A program made the translations under genes and the position numbers. DNA of 30,476 bases, taken from the NCBI GenBank assembly GCA_035642735.1, contig DASQRV010000234.1, forward strand, positions 1-30,476. Reading direction: 5' to 3'. Below, one piece after another: positions 24,551-30,476 of this stretch (positions are counted from its first letter, which is position 1; each line of letters opens with the position of its first letter). The DNA comes from Steroidobacteraceae bacterium (lineage in GTDB: Bacteria; Pseudomonadota; Gammaproteobacteria; Steroidobacterales; Steroidobacteraceae). The notes below the pieces were generated by a model. It had not been told where the DNA came from. It saw only the letters and a program-made list of their open reading frames with translations, and did not search any database.

Positions 24551-25303
24551 ATGTTGCCCATGCCGAGGGGAACGCCGACCCAGCTGCCCGCGCCCGCGGC
24601 GCGCGCCCGCCGTGGCTACTTCGAATGCCGCTACGGGCAGCTTCATGTGCACCATGCCATGCCGCGCGGTGGTGGATTCGAGGAGGGAACACCGCTCCTG
24701 TGCCTGCACGACCTTCCGGGCTCCGGGCGGGTTTTCACCCGGCTGCTCCCGCTCGCCGGCGAGGATCGCTCGGTGTACGCGCCGGATCTGCCGGGTTTCG
24801 GCGAATCCGACGGTCCGCGCACGCGCCCGACCATGGCCGACTACGCGGCGGCCCTCGGGGATTTCATCGACAGCATGCGATTTCGAACTCTCGCAGTGCT
24901 GGGGCTGCGCGGCGGCGCCGTCCCCGCGACCGAGCTTGCCCTAACGCGTCCGACCCAGGTGAGCCGTGTGATCCTGGTGTCGGTGCCGCTGCTCACCGAG
25001 GCTGAGCGGCAGGTGGCGCGCAGCCAGACGCCCGCGCCGACCGACGGGGCGTTCAGCTCGGGCGAGGCCGCGCGCTGGGTGCTGGAGGCGGCGGCGCAGT
25101 ATCCGATGCGCGAGCGCCTCGCGCGGCTCACCCAGCGGCTGCTGGTGCTGCGCTCGCACGATGAGCTTTATGACGCAACGGGGCGCGTGCGCGAGGTGCT
25201 GCCCGCCGCGCGTGTAACGGAATTGCAGCAGAACGCCACGGAGGTACTGGTTGGCGCGCCGCAGGGCATCGCCGAAGCGGCGCGCGAGTTCCTGCGTTCC
25301 TGA
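24551..25303 (+). CDS. Alpha/beta-hydrolase-fold protein lacking a recognisable nucleophile
   Basis: RRGYFECRYGQLHV, PLLCLHDLPGSG, YAPDLPGFGESD, YAAALGDFIDSM. The elbow reads VLGLRGGA. Start is ATG 24551 or 24560. Confidence 0.8.
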   Translation: MLPMPRGTPTQLPAPAARARRGYFECRYGQLHVHHAMPRGGGFEEGTPLLCLHDLPGSGRVFTRLLPLAGEDRSVYAPDLPGFGESDGPRTRPTMADYAAALGDFIDSMRFRTLAVLGLRGGAVPATELALTRPTQVSRVILVSVPLLTEAERQVARSQTPAPTDGAFSSGEAARWVLEAAAQYPMRERLARLTQRLLVLRSHDELYDATGRVREVLPAARVTELQQNATEVLVGAPQGIAEAAREFLRS

Positions 25304-25330
25304 AAAAGGGGATTTTCGGGAGATTTTTCA
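25301..25330. promoter_or_regulatory. AT-rich inverted repeat TGAAAAA-N16-TTTTTCA upstream of the FHA gene
   Basis: Seen directly. A TACACT -10-like hexamer lies downstream at about 25375. Confidence 0.3.
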
Positions 25331-25412
25331 CTTAATCACTGCACTGCGCGCGGCCGCCGGCAGCGCACAGCGCTACACTTTTCATCACCCGCATGGAGCA
25401 CTGGGTACCTCA

Positions 25413-27497
25413 ATGAGTTCGCGTCCGAGGCGTCCGCCTGCCCCACCACAGGCGCGTTCCGATCTCGACAGCACGGCCGAGCTGCCGGTACTGGACGTCC
25501 CCGCGCCGGCTGCGAGCGCCACCGCGACGACCGCGAAGGTCGCGGCATCGGGCACAGAGGACGCGCTGGCCACGACCGGCACCTGGGCGCACCCGCTGGC
25601 GGAACAGGCTGCCTCGAGCGCCGCGGCGAGTGTGGAAGAGCAGCGCCGGCAACGACTCGAGCTGGAGTCGCGCACGGCCGCACTGCGGGAGGCGGAGGAG
25701 CGCCTGGCGAGCCACGGCAAGCGGCTGCTGCAGCTCGAGCAGGCACGCGACGAGGCGCTCGCGTCACAGGCGGCCGCCGCGCAGCGCGCCGCCAGCGCCG
25801 AGCAGCGTGCCGCGAGCGCCGAGCAGCGTGCCACCGCCGCCGAGCAACGTACCGCGTCGGTCGAGCAGCACCTTGCCAAGCTCGAGCAGCGCGCCGCCAG
25901 GTTGAGCGCGGAGCTCTCCCAACGGCAGGCCGCGGCGGCGCAGAACGCGGCGCGCCTCGAGGAGTCCGCGCGAGCCCTTGCGGCCGCCGAGCAGCGTGCC
26001 GCCGCCGCAAGCGAGGACCTCGCTCAGGCGCGGGCTGTGGCGAGCGCCTCCGGCGCACGCACCCAGGAGATGCAGCAGCGGCTCGAGCAACAGGAAAGCG
26101 CCGCGCGCGCACAACGCACGCGTGAGCTCGAGCAGCAGCAGACGCTGGCGACGGCGGGGCGTGCGGACGCCGCCGGCGTGATGGTGGATCTGCACAACGA
26201 GCGCGCCCGCGCCATGAGCTACCTCGAGTCGCTGCAGACGCTCGAGCGACGGCGGGAGATCGCGCAGCACCTGGTCACCGAGCTCAATCACGAGGCCGAG
26301 GACCGCGCCGCGGAGCTCGTACGGTTGACCCGCGAGCTCGCGAGCCGCGATGAGCTCGCACATCATCAGGAAGAGGCACTCACGCAACGCGGCGGGCGCA
26401 TCGCACAGCTCGAGCAACAGGTGAGCACGCTCACCAACATGCTCACGCAGCGCGACGCGCAACTGCAGGATCAGGATCACCAGACGCAGGGGCTGCGGTC
26501 GAGCCTCGCGCGACTGCAGGCAGAGATCAACGCCGGTACTGAGCGCGTTCACGCGCTCGAGGCGGATTTCGCCCAACGCGACAGCAGGGAAAGACAACAG
26601 CGTGAGGAGCTGGAACGGTTGCGCAGCGAGATCGTCAGCGCCGACGCCGCGCTCGAGGCGGCGCGCCGCAGCGCCGCGACGGCCGCGGTGCAGGCGAGCT
26701 CGCAACAGTCCGCACTCGCTCAGAAAAGCGAGCGGGCCGGGCAGCTCGAAGCCTGGCTCAGCGCCGAGCGGCAACGGGCTACACAGCTCGAGGGCGAGCT
26801 GGCCACCGTGCGCGGAGAGATGGAGGAGTGGGGCGGCGCCCTGCGCTCGGCGCAGCAGGAGCGCGGCGGTCATCTGGCGAGTATCGCCGTGGCGGAATCG
26901 CGCGTGCGCGAGCTCGAGCAGGCGGCCGTTGCCCGGGAGGAGCGCGTGCGTGCGCTCGAGGCCGAGTGCGCCACGCACGGCGCACGGCTGCGCGGGCTCG
27001 AGAAGGAACCGCCCGCGGCCGAGGAGTTGGTGCAGCGCCTCGAGGCCGACACGCGCAACCGCGCCGCGCGCATCACGGAGCTCGAGGCTACCGGCGATGC
27101 GCGCCACGCCGCCACCGCCATCCATCCGGCGCTGCGTGACCCCGCGCGGCACGCCGGGGAGGAAGCTCCCGGCGACGAGCCAATGCCCGATGGCGCGACG
27201 CGGCTGCTGATCCACAGCGCCGACGGTCGGGAGGTCGTGCACGTGCTCAGCCGCAAGACGAGCATCGGCCGCACGCCCGACAACGATCTGCAGCTCGACG
27301 CCAAGTTCATCAGCCGTCACCACGCCGTCATCCTGGTGGGACCGGCCAGTGCCGTCATCGAGGACTTAAACAGCACCAACGGCGTGCACGTCAACGGCCA
27401 GCGCGTCTTCCGTCAGACGCTGCGCGACGGTGATCAGATCGCGATCGGCCGGATGCAATACCGCTTCGTGGAGCGCAAGGCCGCCGACAAGCGCTGA
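25413..27497 (+). CDS. Long coiled-coil protein with a C-terminal FHA domain (about 694 aa)
   Basis: Likely start MSSRPRR (ATG 25413). About 500 aa of E/Q/R/A/L heptad-rich sequence, then FHA motifs IGRTPDND, ISRHHA, DLNSTNGVHVNG, DGDQIAIG. Confidence 0.88.
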   Translation: MSSRPRRPPAPPQARSDLDSTAELPVLDVPAPAASATATTAKVAASGTEDALATTGTWAHPLAEQAASSAAASVEEQRRQRLELESRTAALREAEERLASHGKRLLQLEQARDEALASQAAAAQRAASAEQRAASAEQRATAAEQRTASVEQHLAKLEQRAARLSAELSQRQAAAAQNAARLEESARALAAAEQRAAAASEDLAQARAVASASGARTQEMQQRLEQQESAARAQRTRELEQQQTLATAGRADAAGVMVDLHNERARAMSYLESLQTLERRREIAQHLVTELNHEAEDRAAELVRLTRELASRDELAHHQEEALTQRGGRIAQLEQQVSTLTNMLTQRDAQLQDQDHQTQGLRSSLARLQAEINAGTERVHALEADFAQRDSRERQQREELERLRSEIVSADAALEAARRSAATAAVQASSQQSALAQKSERAGQLEAWLSAERQRATQLEGELATVRGEMEEWGGALRSAQQERGGHLASIAVAESRVRELEQAAVAREERVRALEAECATHGARLRGLEKEPPAAEELVQRLEADTRNRAARITELEATGDARHAATAIHPALRDPARHAGEEAPGDEPMPDGATRLLIHSADGREVVHVLSRKTSIGRTPDNDLQLDAKFISRHHAVILVGPASAVIEDLNSTNGVHVNGQRVFRQTLRDGDQIAIGRMQYRFVERKAADKR
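25779..25862 (+). repeat. 21-bp tandem repeat x4 encoding (E/A)QR(A/T)(A/T)(S/A)(A/V) heptads
   Basis: gcgcagcgcgccgccagcgcc / gagcagcgtgccgcgagcgcc / gagcagcgtgccaccgccgcc / gagcaacgtaccgcgtcggtc. A further copy lies at 25989-26009. Confidence 0.75.
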
Positions 27498-27518
27498 CAA
27501 CTGCCGCCGAAGCACCCC

Positions 27519-27581
27519 GCGAAAATCCGCTTGGCCAGCGAGCGGCGGGTGTCCGTCTGTCACCGGGAAGCGAAATTTCGC
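27519..27581. promoter_or_regulatory. 12-bp palindrome GCGAAATTTCGC plus a 10/12 copy upstream of ilvA
   Basis: GCGAAAATCCGC at 27519-27530 and GCGAAATTTCGC at 27570-27581. A TAAGCT -10-like box follows at about 27593. Confidence 0.35.
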
Positions 27582-27639
27582 GGCGACCCCGCTAAGCTCC
27601 CGGGCGGTGCGCGCAACGCGCGGCGAGCGAGCGAGAGCG

Positions 27640-29157
27640 GTGGCAAGTCCCTACATCGAGAGAATCCTCAAGGCGCGTGTCTACGACCTCGCCATCGAGT
27701 CACCACTCGAGGAAGCTTCGCGGCTCTCGCGGCGGCTCGGCAACCAGGTGCTGCTCAAGCGTGAGGACCTGCAGCCGGTGTTCTCCTTCAAGCTGCGCGG
27801 CGCCTGCAACCGCATCGCGCACCTGTCCGAGCTCGCGGCGCGCCGGGGCGTGGTGTGTGCCTCCGCCGGCAATCACGCGCAGGGCGTGGCGCTCGCTGCG
27901 CACCGCCGCGGCATCACCGCAGTGGTGGTCATGCCGCAGACCACCCCCCACATCAAGGTGCAGGCGGTCCTCGATCTCGGCGCCGAGGTGGTGTTGCACG
28001 GCGATGATTACGACAGCGCGCTCGAGCGAGCGCTGCAGCTCGCCCGCGAGCGCAACCTGGTGTTCGTGCATCCCTTCGATGATCCGGACGTCATCGCCGG
28101 CCAGGGCACCATCGCCGTCGAGATCCTGCGCCAGACGGGCGGGAAGCTCGATGCCATCTTCGTGCCGGTCGGCGGCGGGGGACTGCTCGCCGGCGTCGTG
28201 GTGTTCGTGAAGTACCTGTATCCGGCGGTGAAGGTGATCGGGGTCGAGCCCCAGGACGCCGCCAGCATGCACGACTCGCTCAAGGCCGGTCGGCGCGTCG
28301 CGCTCGAGCGTGTCGGCATCTTTGCCGACGGGGTCGCCGTGCGGCGCGTCGGTGAGGAGACCTTCGCGCTCTGCCGTGGCCAGGTCGATGAGGTGCTGCT
28401 GGTCTCCACCGACGAGATCTGTGCCGCCATCCAGGATGTGTTCGAGGATACGCGCTCGATCGTCGAGCCGGCTGGTGCGCTCGCGGTCGCGGGGCTGAAG
28501 AAATACCTGGCGCGCGAGGGCTGGCGCGGCAAGCGCGTGGTGGCGATCAACAGCGGCGCCAACATGAACTTCGACCGCCTGCGGCACGTGGCCGAGCGCG
28601 CCGATTTCGGCGGCGAGCGCGAGGCGCTGCTCGCGGCGGTGATCCCGGAGCGGCCGGGAACCTTCCTCCACTTCTGTGAAGCGCTCGGGCAGCGCAGCGT
28701 CACGGAGTTCAACTACCGCTACGCCGGCGCCGACAGCGCCCAGGTGTTCGCGGGACTCGCGCTCAGCGGTGGCAGCGCCGAGAAGGAGGCGGTGCTCGGC
28801 GACCTGCGCGCCGCCGGCTTCACCGTCACCGACATGACCGGCGACGAGTTGGCCAAGCTGCACGTGCGCTACATGGTCGGCGGGCACGCCCGCGGCATCG
28901 CCGACGAGCGGCTGTACCGCTTCGAATTCCCGGAACGCCCCGGGGCGCTGCTGAAGTTCCTGCAGGCGATCGGCTCACGCTGGAACATCAGCCTGTTCCA
29001 CTACCGCAATCACGGCTCGGACTACGGCCGGGTGCTCGCCGGCATCCAGGTTCCCGCGGCACAGCGGCCGGATTTCCTGCAGCACCTCAACGAGCTGCAC
29101 TATGCCTACGTCGAGGAGACGGACAATCCGGCCTACCGCATGTTCCTCGGCACTTGA
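27640..29157 (+). CDS. ilvA: Threonine ammonia-lyase, biosynthetic
   Basis: GTG start (VASPYIERIL). KREDLQPVFSFKLRGA (PLP Lys), ASAGNHAQG, GGGGL, SGANMNF, and two regulatory repeats (IPERPG, FPERPGAL, SLFHYRNHG). Confidence 0.96.
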   Translation: MASPYIERILKARVYDLAIESPLEEASRLSRRLGNQVLLKREDLQPVFSFKLRGACNRIAHLSELAARRGVVCASAGNHAQGVALAAHRRGITAVVVMPQTTPHIKVQAVLDLGAEVVLHGDDYDSALERALQLARERNLVFVHPFDDPDVIAGQGTIAVEILRQTGGKLDAIFVPVGGGGLLAGVVVFVKYLYPAVKVIGVEPQDAASMHDSLKAGRRVALERVGIFADGVAVRRVGEETFALCRGQVDEVLLVSTDEICAAIQDVFEDTRSIVEPAGALAVAGLKKYLAREGWRGKRVVAINSGANMNFDRLRHVAERADFGGEREALLAAVIPERPGTFLHFCEALGQRSVTEFNYRYAGADSAQVFAGLALSGGSAEKEAVLGDLRAAGFTVTDMTGDELAKLHVRYMVGGHARGIADERLYRFEFPERPGALLKFLQAIGSRWNISLFHYRNHGSDYGRVLAGIQVPAAQRPDFLQHLNELHYAYVEETDNPAYRMFLGT

Positions 29158-29204
29158 AGCACCCCGGGGGATCACGCCTGGTGTGTGCGTCGGGCGATCA
29201 CCTC

Positions 29205-30302
29205 TCAGCCTGACGCGCGATTTCCCGGTGACCCCGCGCTCGCCTCGTGGCGACGCGGGCTCTCGCTCAACCACTCGCGCCAGATCGCCAGCAGCACGGC
29301 GAGTATCACGGGACCGACAAACAGGCCCACGAGACCGAACGCGGCGAGGCCGCCGAGCACTCCGAACAGCACGACCAGGAACGGGATCTGGGCTTCGCGG
29401 CTGATGAGCAGTGGACGCACGAAGTGGTCCGTCCAGCCCATGACGATGCCGCCCCAGATGAGCAGCCCAACCCCGGCGGCGGTGCTGCCCTTGACGAAGA
29501 GCCACACGCACACGCAACCCCAGATCGCCGGGGCGGCGAAGGGAATCAGGCCCGCGACCGTGGTGAGCGCGGCGAGGAATACCGGCGCGCTGACGCCCGC
29601 CGCCCAGTAGCCAATGCCGACCAGCACGCCCTGTACCAGCGCCGCGAGCACCAGTCCGTACACCACCGCCTTGACGGTCTGCTCGATGGCCCGGCGGTAG
29701 CTGTCGACGTACGGCCCGAGCACCTGCCCGAGAGCATCGGCGAGCTGGCCGGAGACACGCCGGCCATCCTTGTAGACGAAGAAGAGACTCACTGCGGTCA
29801 GGCCCATTTTTGCGGCTTCGCGCCCGATGCCGCCGATCAGGCGCACGATCTGCTCGAAGGAATGATCGGCAACCTTACGCAGCTCGAGCCCGAGAACGTG
29901 CGGGTCCTGCGATGCGCGGGCGGCGAGGTCGCGCAATTGCTCGCCGAGCCACGGGATCTTCAGGATCGCGGGCGGCAGCTGCAGGCCGCCGGCGAGCAGG
30001 TCCTGCGTGTCATGCCAGGCGCGCACCAGCTCGATGCGCAGCACGACGGCGAGCCAGGCGATCGGCGCGATCACGGCCACGGAGACCGCCGCGGTCAGTA
30101 TCAGCGAGGCGATCACAGCGCGCCCGCGGCAGGCCCGCAGCACCCGCTCGTAGGCCGGCCAGGTGACAAAGGCAAGGATCGCCGCCCACACCACCGGAAT
30201 GATGAAGGGCTCCATCACGCGGAAGCCGAGCAGCACCAGGCCCACGAGCAACGTCACGGTGATCAGGCGACGCAGCCACGGTGCGGAGACGAGGTCTTCC
30301 AT
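29205..30302 (-). CDS. AI-2E family transporter (YdiK/PerM-like)
   Basis: PVVWAAILAFVTWP, FFVYKDG, QGVLVGIGY, DHFVRPLLI, GVLGGLAAFGLVGLFVGPVILA. Confidence 0.92.
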   Translation of the reverse strand: MEDLVSAPWLRRLITVTLLVGLVLLGFRVMEPFIIPVVWAAILAFVTWPAYERVLRACRGRAVIASLILTAAVSVAVIAPIAWLAVVLRIELVRAWHDTQDLLAGGLQLPPAILKIPWLGEQLRDLAARASQDPHVLGLELRKVADHSFEQIVRLIGGIGREAAKMGLTAVSLFFVYKDGRRVSGQLADALGQVLGPYVDSYRRAIEQTVKAVVYGLVLAALVQGVLVGIGYWAAGVSAPVFLAALTTVAGLIPFAAPAIWGCVCVWLFVKGSTAAGVGLLIWGGIVMGWTDHFVRPLLISREAQIPFLVVLFGVLGGLAAFGLVGLFVGPVILAVLLAIWREWLSESPRRHEASAGSPGNRASG

Positions 30303-30476
30303 GGTGCGGCCCGCTCAGCTGAGAGCGGAGGGACACGCCATCGAAGACCTCGTCTCCGCACCGTGGTTACGCCGATTGATCACCGTGACGTTGCTCACGG
30401 GCCTGGTGCTGCTCGGCTTCCGGGTGATGGAGCCCTTCATCATTCCGGTGGTGTGGGCAGCGATCCTTGCCTTTGT
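30166..30476. repeat. Long inverted repeat: arms 30166-30302 and 30340-30476 with a 37-nt spacer, extending past the window end
   Basis: Codon-by-codon comparison gives 127/137 identical nt. Confidence 0.95.
30301..30476 (+). CDS. Second AI-2E-family gene or gene fragment (5' part only), head-to-head with the first
   Basis: Open frame MVRPAQLRAEGHA-IEDLVSAPWLRRLITVTLLTGLVLLGFRVMEPFIIPVVWAAILAF. The homologous ATG is ATC (30340), and an in-frame ATG lies at 30301. Confidence 0.6.
   Translation, partial: MVRPAQLRAEGHAIEDLVSAPWLRRLITVTLLTGLVLLGFRVMEPFIIPVVWAAILAF

Noticed and set aside
25779-25862. 21-bp tandem repeats as a possible CRISPR or VNTR element
   Set aside because: No spacers. The units are in frame and degenerate and encode coiled-coil heptads.
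30166-30476. Diversity-generating retroelement template/variable repeat interpretation of the AI-2E repeat
   Set aside because: The mismatches are not adenine-specific, the copies are inverted at a gene 5' end, and no reverse transcriptase is present.

Overview
A GC-rich (roughly 70% by eye), gene-dense chromosomal window from a proteobacterium. DsbA, IlvH, two-domain IlvA and the FlhDC-like genes point to Gammaproteobacteria; this is an inference. About 26 real CDSs are present, mostly core metabolism: nudC, a cysteine hydrolase with a GlxA-type regulator, dsbA, two tandem isoaspartyl peptidases, single-chain pyruvate carboxylase, a ferredoxin reductase, a P-II gene with a clear NtrC/sigma54 promoter, qor, ilvH, ilvB, ilvA, gloA, an NdvB-like GH17-GT2 glucan synthase, and DMT and AI-2E transporters. 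I saw no rRNA, tRNA, CRISPR array, transposase or integrase. Most other ORFs in the track are GC-rich shadow frames. The most unusual elements are: (1) a divergently transcribed FlhC-like gene and a gene with two tandem FlhD-like domains, sharing a 131-bp AT-rich spacer with two TTGG-N10-CCAA palindromes, with no flagellar or conjugation genes nearby; (2) a two-domain VOC (glyoxalase-fold) protein fused to an acid-free histone-H1/protamine-like tail; (3) a head-to-head inverted copy of the AI-2E transporter 5' end (127/137 nt identical, mostly synonymous changes) running off the right edge; (4) a cluster of a long coiled-coil FHA protein, an apparently non-catalytic alpha/beta-hydrolase, a small lipoprotein and a degenerate oxidoreductase. 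All family assignments come from motifs recognised by eye; no searches were run.
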